Below are positions 10,058 to 19,993 of a stretch of 64,000 nt of DNA, piece after piece. Position numbers and translations under genes: made by a program. Each line of letters begins with the position of its first letter. Positions within the stretch are counted from its first letter, which is position 1. Origin of the DNA: a virus; IMG/VR virus record IMGVR_UViG_3300029891_000001, positions 1-64,000 of that record, one strand, 5' to 3'. Below the pieces are notes generated by a model, which saw only the letters and a list, made by a program, of their open reading frames with translations, was not told the origin of the DNA and did not search any database.

Positions 10058-11075
10058 AGAAATTTCATGTTTTTCAAAGTATAAAGAATTTGCCATAAGC
10101 AGATTAACTAATGACCATTGTTCTGTATGCGGATGTATAACAGAATATGCTTCAAATAACTTATCCTCGCACAAAAACATAATTATTGGCCGGTCTTTAC
10201 TAAAAAATATTAATCCAATATTCAAAAAAATATTATCTGATTTATTAAAAATGGTTGAAGAAGAAGGTTGGGAAGGAAAATTTCGTATAACGATATGTAA
10301 AAATTGTGTCGATAAATATCATATAAGCACTTTTAATATCCTTTGTAAAACATATTTGGACAATATAGAAAAAGAAATTATTGGAAAAACATGAAAATTA
10401 TCCTCAATCCCATTAAAAATATATCTAATATATTTATTGATAGACTTTATGGGTTCAAATGTTTTTATTGTGCCTGTGATGTAAATCCTGAAAAAGCAAC
10501 TTACCTAATATCAGGGTATATAAAAAGAAATTTTACCAAGGCTTTATCTATTACAGAACATAACGGAATTAAAAATACGATAATTTCCATGTTAGGATAT
10601 TTAGACGCAACACGAACATCACCTTCATTATATGTATGCGATCCATGCCTTGAATTTATTAAAAATTTGATTAGAAATTTAACCTGGGAAAAATTTATTG
10701 TGAAAAGTATTAAAGATAATTTGGAGAATAATTATGAAAATTATTTTAGATAAATTAGAACCATATAACTTATTAATAAAAAGAGTTTATGAAGGAGTAT
10801 GTATAAGGTGTGGGAAAAATAGTTATGGTAGAGTAATAAGATTGAGAAAACATTGGAAATTAAAAGACGCCAAAAAACAAAATAACTTACCTTTACTGAA
10901 TTTGACAAAAACCTTATACAAAAAATTCCCAACAGGAATATATATTTGTTTATGTGAACATTGTTATTTAGAAGGATACCAAGAAACAATTTATATTGAA
11001 GAGGACAACGGGAATACTCAAATGAAAGAAGCTATATTCCAAATAATAATTAATAATTCCTTTAAAAAGACTTGA
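10041..11075 (+). CDS. Three C4 zinc-finger proteins, MKIxL family (10041..10394 MKINL, 10391..10753 MKIIL, 10734..11075 MKIIL)
   Basis: CxxC...[IVL]CxxC in each; overlapping and directly upstream of the Ubl gene. Confidence 0.78.
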
Positions 11076-11100
11076 CAATTCATTAATTGTTTATTATATT
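11072..11100 (+). promoter_or_regulatory. Promoter of the Ubl cassette
   Basis: TTGACA(11072)-17-TATATT(11095). Confidence 0.75.
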
Positions 11101-11146
11101 AGAATATGATAAACAAAACACAGTAACTCTTATAAAAGGAAACGCG

Positions 11147-11362
11147 ATGCAAGTTACCGTACAGTATGGGGCTTCAACAATCAATCGGGATCTTAACGGT
11201 CCTGCGATGTCAATCAACGGCCTTCGCGCACTCGTTTCGGAAATTCTTGGGATTCCGAGAGATGCAGTCGCCTATGCCAACGGGGCGAAAGTGAACGATT
11301 CTTACCCTCTCCGCGATAACGACAGTATTGTCTTCCAGAAGACAACCGGAGAAAAAGGATAA
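11147..11362 (+). CDS. Prokaryotic ubiquitin-like (beta-grasp) protein, 71 aa
   Basis: MQVTVQYG...ANG.KV..SYPLRDNDSIVF.KTTGEKG with C-terminal Gly; AAAGGA RBS; adjacent to E2/JAB/E1. Confidence 0.88.
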   Translation: MQVTVQYGASTINRDLNGPAMSINGLRALVSEILGIPRDAVAYANGAKVNDSYPLRDNDSIVFQKTTGEKG

Positions 11363-11376
11363 TTTTAAACTTTAAC

Positions 11377-11410
11377 AAAAAAGGGTGTGAAGAGGTTCAC
11401 GCCCTTTTTT
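11377..11410 (+). terminator. Intrinsic terminator between Ubl and E2 genes
   Basis: AAAAAAGGGTGTGAA-GAGG-TTCACGCCCTTTTTT. Confidence 0.85.
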
Positions 11411-11430
11411 ATTAAAAGGAGAAGATTAAC

Positions 11431-12285
11431 TTGAATATAGATCCATCTAAATCACAAATTCTTATTTGTGGAGAAGAAGTCACTGTTGTAAAAATCATCG
11501 AAGAAAAGACCGTATCTTTGGGAGATTTTTTAAACGGATTGACTAAGAATATCCCTATTTTAACAGAACTTTTGCCAGACGGGACAAAGTGTATAGGATT
11601 CGATGGGGATAAAATGTCCATATGCGTAGAAATTCCTCCGGGGATAAGGCCAATCACTTTTTCTCATAGGGGTAAAGGAGAAAGTCACAAAATAACATTA
11701 AGGTTATATTTCCCATATACCTATATGTTTATAAACAGTTTAATCAGTCCCATCTCCATAAAGTATGTTGGAATGGGCCAAGCGAAAAAGAAGATAACTG
11801 ACATGGATGACCCTATCGGAGCAATCGCTATGCCAAACGTAACTTGGTATCCAGAAGTAGGAGTTTCTGCTATTTGTTTGGGAGAAATATCCATTAAAGA
11901 CAATCTTCATATGTCTAAAGGGATTAATGAACTGATTGCTACAATCTGGGGAAGTCATTGGAACAATGATCTTTGGTACTCTGCGACAGCTGTCACCGCT
12001 GTTGAAAAGATGTTAAGAGAGCAGCCTAAAGTGATTAAAATGGAGTTTGATAATCTTAAGACAATTGAAAAACTCAAACCAGATGAAAAACAAAGATTAA
12101 GCTTCTTGGAAACTTGTATTAATAATAGTCTTACAAAAGAAAATAAAGCCGCATACCTTTATTACTGGGAATTTTTAAGTCTTAATTCTTCTTCAGAAGA
12201 ATTGTCTGAAATGATTGTCCCTCCTCTTGAAGGCAAGTTCTCCGATGTTTTCAAAAAACTAATTGAGGAAATGAGATTCGCATAA
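11431..12285 (+). CDS. Prokaryotic E2-like (UBC-fold) protein, resembling Prok-E2 family D / PRTRC protein B
   Basis: FPY..F...AMPNV...AICLG (putative catalytic Cys)...IWGSHWNNDL; TTG start with GGAG RBS. Confidence 0.8.
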   Translation: MNIDPSKSQILICGEEVTVVKIIEEKTVSLGDFLNGLTKNIPILTELLPDGTKCIGFDGDKMSICVEIPPGIRPITFSHRGKGESHKITLRLYFPYTYMFINSLISPISIKYVGMGQAKKKITDMDDPIGAIAMPNVTWYPEVGVSAICLGEISIKDNLHMSKGINELIATIWGSHWNNDLWYSATAVTAVEKMLREQPKVIKMEFDNLKTIEKLKPDEKQRLSFLETCINNSLTKENKAAYLYYWEFLSLNSSSEELSEMIVPPLEGKFSDVFKKLIEEMRFA

Positions 12286-12322
12286 AAGGTATTCGTAAAA
12301 CCTTAAAAGAAATGAGAATTTA

Positions 12323-12682
12323 ATGGAAAGTAAATATAACAAAAATATGTTTGATATTATTTCTGGAATCCCTGCGATGATTAGAAAAAGAGTAAGAACT
12401 AACAAAAAAGATACAGAAAACAAAATAAGGATTAAAATTGGAGGGGTTCTTACAGAAGAATCCACTTCAACAGTAGATATTTCTACTTTTATCCGAGAAA
12501 ATGAAAAAGATAGTTTGAACCTTAAAAACTACAATGTTGGAGATTGGGGGATTATAGCCCTATTATCTTCAGAACCAAAATCAGATTTACACAACACATT
12601 TTTTGGTTCAAATAACATTTCACGTTTAATAAGATCGGTAGATAATATATGCCTGAAAGAATCCCAAAAAAAGAGAAGGTAG
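12323..12682 (+). CDS. Hypothetical protein inside the Ubl cassette
   Basis: ORF between the E2 and JAB genes. Confidence 0.65.
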   Translation: MESKYNKNMFDIISGIPAMIRKRVRTNKKDTENKIRIKIGGVLTEESTSTVDISTFIRENEKDSLNLKNYNVGDWGIIALLSSEPKSDLHNTFFGSNNISRLIRSVDNICLKESQKKRR

Positions 12683-13530
12683 AAACAAAAATAGAGATAA
12701 TAAAAAATATACCATTATTTTATAAAGGGCAAGAACCTGATGATTCTTCGCATTGTATTGTAATAGGCAAAAATGGAGCCTTTTTCAAAGTATCTAACCA
12801 TTTATATTCTTGTTTTACTGATATAAAAGACAAAAAGTTTTCTTTCCTGGATGATATAGAGACTGACGCTACTGTAAAATTACCAAAAGTATCTCTTGAT
12901 ATTTATTCTACAATATTGAAATTCTTCCGAGCAGTATATAAAGAACATTCTTCTGAAGCTGGAGTATTGTTAGTAATGAATTTGTCCAAACCAGTAGAAG
13001 AACAAGAATACAAAATTGTTGTTCCAGAACAAGAAGTAAGTGGAGCGCATATAGATTATAAGATAAAAGAAAAAGATATTGACCTATTATTAGAAGAAGG
13101 AGAAATCTTAGTAGGATCTTTTCATTCTCACCCAAATTTTGGAGCTTCGCAATCAAACGTAGATGCTGGAGACGAACTTAATTTCGATGGATTGCACGTT
13201 ACTCTTGGATATATTACAAGAGATGAACCTGAAATTCATGCAAGATTCTGTTTCCATGGACAAACTTATATTTCTAAATCTAATTGGATACAAAAAAGGC
13301 CCAAAGGATTAGATTATACTTTCCCAAAAGAATGGTTAGAAAAAGTTAAGAAGCCTGTTGTTAAAGTTTATACTTGTGGAGTTAATAATGCTTGGTCGAA
13401 TAATTATAGTTCACAGAGTGGAGTAGATTATAAAAAAGATTTTTGGTATATGACAGATTTATTTATAAGACCTGAAAAAATAAATAAGCACAACAAAAGC
13501 AAAAAACCAGTAATATATGCAATAGTATAA
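12649..13530 (+). CDS. JAB/MPN+ metallo-isopeptidase (PRTRC protein A-like)
   Basis: SEAG...GSFHSHPNFGASQSNVDAGDE matches the JAMM motif E-xn-HxH-x7-S-x2-D. Confidence 0.9.
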   Translation: MPERIPKKEKVETKIEIIKNIPLFYKGQEPDDSSHCIVIGKNGAFFKVSNHLYSCFTDIKDKKFSFLDDIETDATVKLPKVSLDIYSTILKFFRAVYKEHSSEAGVLLVMNLSKPVEEQEYKIVVPEQEVSGAHIDYKIKEKDIDLLLEEGEILVGSFHSHPNFGASQSNVDAGDELNFDGLHVTLGYITRDEPEIHARFCFHGQTYISKSNWIQKRPKGLDYTFPKEWLEKVKKPVVKVYTCGVNNAWSNNYSSQSGVDYKKDFWYMTDLFIRPEKINKHNKSKKPVIYAIV

Positions 13531-13541
13531 GGAAAAAATTA

Positions 13542-14252
13542 ATGACATTCAAAAATATCTACATTATAGGAGCGGGCGGAATAGGTTCTCATTTAATAAA
13601 TCCTTTGGGAAAGTTTATAAAATATTATTCCGAATCTTCATTGCCTTTCAATGTTGTCATAATTGATGGAGATAAAGTCGAAGATGATAACATTAAAAGG
13701 CAATGTTTTATTCCTTCAGACGTTAGCAAGAAAAAGGCTGCTTGTTTAGCAGATTGGTTTACAGCAATATGCGGAAAAGATCCTAGATTTAATATATATC
13801 CGATAGAAGATTATCTCACACCTAATAATATAGGAGATATAATAAAAGACGATTGCACTATCTTTGTTGGAATAGATAATCTTGTAAGAAGAGGAACAAT
13901 AGAAAAATATGTTACAGAGAAATTAAAAAATGCCTTGATAATATTTGGGGGAAATGAGTATGAAGATGGAGATGTTAATGTAGTTCTAATAAAAAACGGA
14001 AAACTCCAAACCCCATTGTATAGTGAAAAACATCCTGAGATATTTACGAAAAGAGACAAATCTCCAGAAGAGAAATCTTGTACAGAAGAAACTCCTCATT
14101 TCCCTCAATTGGTTTTAATAAACTCGACTATAGCGAACATCATGGTTAATGCTTATTATTCCGTACTAAAATTACAAAAAGTTACTAACCATGAAATATT
14201 TACCAATGTTGCGATAAACAATACTGTAGGAGTTGGATATGGAAAAAAATAA
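13542..14252 (+). CDS. E1-like ThiF/MoeB-family adenylyltransferase
   Basis: IIGAGGIGS, IDGDKVE..NIKRQ, K-KA, GIDN..RR, GGNE, KSC (putative thioester Cys), PQL..IN. Confidence 0.92.
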   Translation: MTFKNIYIIGAGGIGSHLINPLGKFIKYYSESSLPFNVVIIDGDKVEDDNIKRQCFIPSDVSKKKAACLADWFTAICGKDPRFNIYPIEDYLTPNNIGDIIKDDCTIFVGIDNLVRRGTIEKYVTEKLKNALIIFGGNEYEDGDVNVVLIKNGKLQTPLYSEKHPEIFTKRDKSPEEKSCTEETPHFPQLVLINSTIANIMVNAYYSVLKLQKVTNHEIFTNVAINNTVGVGYGKK

Positions 14253-14253
14253 A

Positions 14254-14943
14254 ATGGCATATTGCAAAAAATGTCTTCAAGTATTAAGGAATAAAATAGA
14301 CATTGATTTTGTGACTGATAAAGGATGTTGCCCGATATGTGGATATTATATTAATGATAAATATAGAAATTTCAAAATTCCATTAGATTCAGGAGAATTA
14401 GAAACAACAGAAGAAGAAGGATATTTTATTTCAGAAATAATAAGCAAAGAAGGAGAAAACTGCGAAGAATGTTTTACTTTTCTTCCTTGCGTTACACAGG
14501 AAAATTATTGGGTATGTAATAAATGTTTTTCCACTCTTTTTTATGATGGAGAAGCATTCTTGCAGGCAAAAAATTATAAAAAACAAATATACGATGAATG
14601 CAGTAAATGTCCTTTTCTAAAAACTTGTTATCCAGAAGGGATAAAGACGAATAAAGGAAGTAGTATGAGTAAAGAAATCACTCCAGAATTGTTAAAAGAT
14701 GAACCAATCCTAAAATCAATAGCAGAAAGAATAAAGCAAAAAATTGACGTTATTCCAGGATACAAAGTTAAAGAACCAGCATTGGGAATTGGAATTTTGT
14801 TAAATTTGTATCAATCTTTTTCCGCTGATTTTATAGAAAATGTATTAGACAAATTCTCCGACAAAGATGTTATTGAATATACAAAAGAATCATTGAAAAA
14901 TATTGAAAAAGCAAAAGGAATATTAATAAAGGCTGGGTTATAA
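14254..14943 (+). CDS. Multi-zinc-ribbon protein following E1
   Basis: Five CxxC pairs in the N-terminal part; helical C-terminus. Confidence 0.7.
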   Translation: MAYCKKCLQVLRNKIDIDFVTDKGCCPICGYYINDKYRNFKIPLDSGELETTEEEGYFISEIISKEGENCEECFTFLPCVTQENYWVCNKCFSTLFYDGEAFLQAKNYKKQIYDECSKCPFLKTCYPEGIKTNKGSSMSKEITPELLKDEPILKSIAERIKQKIDVIPGYKVKEPALGIGILLNLYQSFSADFIENVLDKFSDKDVIEYTKESLKNIEKAKGILIKAGL

Positions 14944-14955
14944 GGTGTATTCGTA

Positions 14956-15543
14956 ATGGACAAAATTGGAAAAAATATAATAGATTTTGCTACCGAAAAC
15001 AATAGAGTAATAGATAATGTCGTAAGAAGAATCCTAAGGCAAAATCATGAATATACCGACAAAGATATTTATAATAGATGCCTTGTTATCATTTGGAAAA
15101 AAATAGAAGAAAAAGGAATAAAGAATATAAATAAAGTCATATTATATAGATTATTATACACCAATGTCCTTAAAGAAATTTTTATAGAAAAAGATATAAT
15201 ATTAAAAGATAGGAAATATAAAGAAAAGTTTCCTACAATAGAAATTTTAGACAATATTGAATATTACTCACCAAAAAATAACTATTTAGATTTGATTCCT
15301 TTATTATTGAAATATAGTTCTCTTACTGAAATAGAATTGGTAATTATAGTTTTATTCTATGATTTAGAAATTCCAGAATCTATGTTAGATGAATATAAAG
15401 AGATAATTGACAGAGAACCTGGTTATTGGAATTCAAAAGAAATAAGCATATATTTAAAAAAACCAATATCAAAAGTATCTCTTTATAAAAAAATGGCCAT
15501 AAAAAAAATAAAAGAATATGTAAAAAAGTACCATAAACTATGA
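14956..15543 (+). CDS. Divergent sigma70-family factor / region-4 HTH protein
   Basis: LTEIELVIIVLFY...SKEISIYL....SKVS.YKKMAIKKIKE. Confidence 0.72.
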   Translation: MDKIGKNIIDFATENNRVIDNVVRRILRQNHEYTDKDIYNRCLVIIWKKIEEKGIKNINKVILYRLLYTNVLKEIFIEKDIILKDRKYKEKFPTIEILDNIEYYSPKNNYLDLIPLLLKYSSLTEIELVIIVLFYDLEIPESMLDEYKEIIDREPGYWNSKEISIYLKKPISKVSLYKKMAIKKIKEYVKKYHKL

Positions 15544-16442
15544 ATACAATACATGAATTTATTGGACAAAAAAATATAGTTAAAGAATTATCCGTTCACT
15601 TATTGTTTTCTAATATATGGGGGAAACCATTAGAACATACTATGTTTTATGGGCAAGCTGGATTAGGAAAAACTACATTAGCAGAATTGACAACCAAAAC
15701 TTTAGGGACTAATTTTATACAGAAAACAGGAAAAGAATTAAAAATATCTATTCTTCAAGATATATTAGAAAATATAAGGTACTGTGATGTTTTATTCATA
15801 GATGAAATCCACAGAGTTAAAATAGATACACAAGAAATATTATATGGCCCAATTCAAAATATAAATAACCTTCAAAAAGATTTTATACGAAATAAAATGT
15901 TTCCTTCAGAATTTATTTGGGAAAACAAATTGTATAAGCCTTTTACTTTAATTGGAGCAACTACTTCTGCTGGAATGCTAACTAAACCGATGAGAGATAG
16001 ATTTATTCATGCTTTTGAATTAAAATTATATACCAGCGAAGAAATAGAATCAGTTTTAATGAGAAATGGATGCAATTCACAATGTTCTAAAATAATAGCT
16101 AAAAGGTCTAGGGGAGTACCAAGAATTGCAATATCTTTTCTAATTAAGGCGCATAACCAAGGGTTATATGTACCAGAAATAAGACCAAAAGATTGTTATG
16201 CTGTTTTTGATTATTCAGGAATAGATGAATTAGGATTAAATCCAACAGACTTATCTATATTGTATTATTTGGCAGAAAATGGGGAAACAGGAGAACAAGT
16301 CCTCAGTTTAACTTTAGGTATTGATATAGAAAGTTTAATTTATATACACGAACCTTATTTAATGAGTTTGAATTTTATTAAAAGAACTACAAAAGGAAGA
16401 CAAATAACAAAACAAGGATTAAAATATATAGGTAAAAAATGA
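15540..16442 (+). CDS. ruvB: Holliday junction branch-migration ATPase RuvB
   Basis: GQAGLGKTT, FIDEIHR, PFTLIGATT, PMRDRF, SRGVPRIA, EPYL, RT.KGR. Confidence 0.93.
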   Translation: MNTIHEFIGQKNIVKELSVHLLFSNIWGKPLEHTMFYGQAGLGKTTLAELTTKTLGTNFIQKTGKELKISILQDILENIRYCDVLFIDEIHRVKIDTQEILYGPIQNINNLQKDFIRNKMFPSEFIWENKLYKPFTLIGATTSAGMLTKPMRDRFIHAFELKLYTSEEIESVLMRNGCNSQCSKIIAKRSRGVPRIAISFLIKAHNQGLYVPEIRPKDCYAVFDYSGIDELGLNPTDLSILYYLAENGETGEQVLSLTLGIDIESLIYIHEPYLMSLNFIKRTTKGRQITKQGLKYIGKK

Positions 16443-18069
16443 TTATTAAATTACAAAAATACTTTAGTTCTGAAGAATATTTCCTTTCTATTATAAAAGA
16501 AACATTTGACAAATATATTCCTTTTATTGCTGGAAGAGATAAAGATCCAATAAGATTTCGGTATCATAAATATAATACAATAATTTTCGATATTTTTAGA
16601 TTAAAACCAGAAGAATTAAAAGACCTAATAATAAAAAATAAAGACTATATTTTAGAAAAAGATCCTAACAAAAAAATCCGAGAAATTGTATTTAAAGAAG
16701 GATCAAATCTGGAAAATTCATTGAGATCCGATAAAGCAAATGGCGTATTCGTAAAAGGAAAGTTAATTGTATGTTGGACCTAGTAAAAAACTTGACAATT
16801 CAGAATGTTATAGTTATATTATATCGGGAGTAAAGAATGAAAGTATATTTGAAAAAGGATGAAGTTAAAAAGAAATGTAGTTATTGCCTTAAAAAAACAA
16901 CAGTAATATTATATATATATTATGATCCATGCGAAGAAGAAATTGTCCATAATTATTTTTGTGATAAATGTTTAATTACTTGTGATAGGTGTGGGGAAAA
17001 ATATCCAAAATCCATAAATTATGAGATAAATTCATTAATCCGTTTAAATCAATATAAAAAAATATGTCCAAGATGTGCTTTCTTCTGTGATTATTGTGGA
17101 GAATATTACTTAAAAGAAGAAATGTCCAATTTTACATGTCACAGTTGTGGAAAAATATATTGTATAAATTGCCAATCTAAGATTCCAAATATATGTTGTT
17201 TTTGTAGAGGTTAAAATGATTATTAAATTACAAAAAATTCAGAATCAAGATCCAATTGAATATTTTATAAACAAAAAATTTAATAATCCCATATTAGAAA
17301 AAGGATGTTTTATATGCAATATATGTAGCAATTTTCCAACGGATATTAAATGGGGTATTGATGAAGATTACCAAGAAGGAATATTTTCTGAATACTTGAT
17401 TGAATATACTAAAAAATACGGAAAACATACATCTTCTACTATTTTTATTTGCAAGGATTGTTATTCTATCTTTAATAATGAATATCCACGTGATTTTGCT
17501 TCCACAATAAAATTAAACGCCGAATTTTTAATAAGAAAATATATTGAGAAAATACGAAAAACACGAAAAAGAACAAGCGGATTATTTGTTGGTGGACATA
17601 TAGATATTTCTAATCTCTTGCCTCTTGATCTTTTCCTTATATGTTTTATATATAGTAATATAATTGGTAAAAGCCGAGATGAAATAATAAATCTATATAA
17701 AGGAATGCAATAATGGAAATCGGAGATATAGATTCTTTAATCTGAAAGATAACCATGAAAATAATATTAAAAGAAATATCCAATTCTAAATTATATAGAA
17801 GATTAATGTCTTTATCTAATAAAGAAGGTATTTGTATACTATGTAGAAATGAAAAGCATCTTTTTAATGATTGGCTTATAAGAAATAACTTATTCAAACC
17901 AGTTATTGATCTGGTAGAAAGATATAATATAAAATTAAATTCAATAAGGCCAGTAATAAGTGAACCAGAGTTAACGAAAATAACTCTTTGTTCTAATTGT
18001 ATCTCAAATGCTCAATGGCCAAAAAGAGACGATGGAAATTATCGACGTTTTATTATAATAGGTGTATGA
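16439..18069 (+). CDS. Four MKIxL-family proteins (16439..16783 MIIKL, 16837..17214 MKVYL multi-CxxC, 17216..17713 MIIKL, 17755..18069 MKIIL)
   Basis: Shared N-terminus; three carry CxxC pairs; TTGACA promoter at ~16792. Confidence 0.75.
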
Positions 18070-18209
18070 TGTGTAATAAAAAATTCAGAAACTTGGATAG
18101 TTTTTTAAGAGTTAATCTTTGTGGCGATTGTCTCAATTATATGTCAAATAGAATTTGCAAAATGGATATATAAAGATACTGAAACAATGGTACTCGTAAA
18201 GGAGATAAA

Positions 18210-18575
18210 ATGAATATAATAACAAAATTATTTAATGGTATATCTAATATGTTTAGAAAAGAACATATTAGACCTGAACTCAGGGAAAGTGCTAACATTT
18301 ATAGCGGAGATCTCTATATTTGGGGTCATAATGTAATGAAATACAAAGACGTTGAAATAACGGATACACATAGAATAGATAAGATAACGGGGATATTAAA
18401 TCCATTACTCAGAATCGGAGATGGAATAACATTCAAGGGAAAATCAGGAAGAAGAGTATTGTGGATATTTATTAGAGTAGAAGGATATGATAATGTAAAA
18501 AATATGTTTAACGCCAACATAAAAGTTGTTAAGTATTGTGATGGAAAAACTTTTAACAACATGACACCTTATTAG
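18210..18575 (+). CDS. Hypothetical protein
   Basis: AAGGAG RBS directly after a GTACTCGTAA motif. Confidence 0.7.
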   Translation: MNIITKLFNGISNMFRKEHIRPELRESANIYSGDLYIWGHNVMKYKDVEITDTHRIDKITGILNPLLRIGDGITFKGKSGRRVLWIFIRVEGYDNVKNMFNANIKVVKYCDGKTFNNMTPY

Positions 18576-19352
18576 AAAAGAGTTAATTATGTTTTTCTCT
18601 GACCTTATCGAAATAAACACTAATTATGGAACAATTAATATTATTATTCGTGATAATGGATCTAAAGAAAAAGAAGGAGTAATTATTTTAACAAAGTCAC
18701 AAGCCATATATTTAGACCATATATTTGGATTGTCGAAAAGTTTATCAGATTGGTTAAAAAAGGAGTGAAAAAATGAGAAAATATTTATGTTGGCTAATTG
18801 GGCATAGTTTCATTTGTCTATTCCATTATCATTGGGGAATAAATGATATAAATTTTGGTTCAGAAAGTACTGGTTGGATTTGTCAACATTGCCGTAAAGA
18901 AAAATTTGAACAATGTGATAATTAAATTACTTTAAAATCTTATATCTTAAGGAAAAATCAGTATTATATATAAATAGCTAATATTAATCCTTTTTTTTGG
19001 AAGAAACCATATAATGGTTTATAAACCATTACGAATACTCTCATTCATTCCTCTTTCCTTGCCTTGTTCCTTAAATCTTTCCTTGATTATTACGAATACC
19101 CCCTTTATAGAAGGTGTAAATAACTGCACCAAAAATATTCAAAAATATAGAAGGAAAATAAAGAAATTATGAGTAAGAACGACAACAACATTGATAAAAA
19201 TTGCTCAGTTTATAGTGACTGTTGGACACATAAAAAGTATGTAGAATTAGGAGAAGAATTTCTAAAACAAAAAAGCGTAACATTTATGAAAGATTTTTAT
19301 ACTATGAAAGATTATTGTCAGAGTTGTAAACACTATAGGAGATTAAAATAAA

Positions 19353-19982
19353 ATGTCAATTAATTTGCCAGAATGGGCTTTCAAAAATGCTTCATATTAT
19401 ATTGGAATAGCAGATTTTGTTAGAAAAAACAGAATAAGATGTCATTCAAGACAAATAGGATGCGTTTTAGTTAAAGATGATACTTTAATATCGACTGGAT
19501 TTAACGGCCCTCCAAGAAAAATTCCAACGTGTGATGAATGGCCCGGGAATTATGGTAATAAATTAATGGATAAATTTTTTGAAAAATTTCCAGAAGAATT
19601 TGACGACGATGGACATATAAATTTGAATGAATTTAATGACTGGGTAGAGTCTAAATGTCCAAGAAAGCTACTAGAAATTCCATCTGGGGAAGGTTTAGAG
19701 TATTGCTCTGCTGTTCATGCAGAAAGAAACGCTTTACTCTCTTGCGCTAAAACTGGAGTGTCTTCTAACGGGGGAATTATGTTTATGACATGCGGACTTC
19801 CCTGTAAAGATTGTATGATAGAAATTATACAAGCTGGAGTATCTGGAATAATTTGTGGAGATATAATTATTTATGACAATTATTCATGGAAATTAGCGAA
19901 AGAATCTAATATGACAGTATATTCATTATATAATAAAGAGTGGTACAAATTAATAGAAAATGAATTTGTAAAAATCTTATAA
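19353..19982 (+). CDS. dCMP deaminase
   Basis: C.SRQIGCVLV, GFNG, HAERNA, PCKDC. Confidence 0.93.
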   Translation: MSINLPEWAFKNASYYIGIADFVRKNRIRCHSRQIGCVLVKDDTLISTGFNGPPRKIPTCDEWPGNYGNKLMDKFFEKFPEEFDDDGHINLNEFNDWVESKCPRKLLEIPSGEGLEYCSAVHAERNALLSCAKTGVSSNGGIMFMTCGLPCKDCMIEIIQAGVSGIICGDIIIYDNYSWKLAKESNMTVYSLYNKEWYKLIENEFVKIL

Positions 19983-19993
19983 AAGGAGGAAAA

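Noticed and set aside
11147-14252. ThiS/ThiF or MoaD/MoeB cofactor biosynthesis
   Set aside because: No thiG, moaE or cysteine desulfurase gene is present; the E2-like and JAB genes point to protein conjugation.
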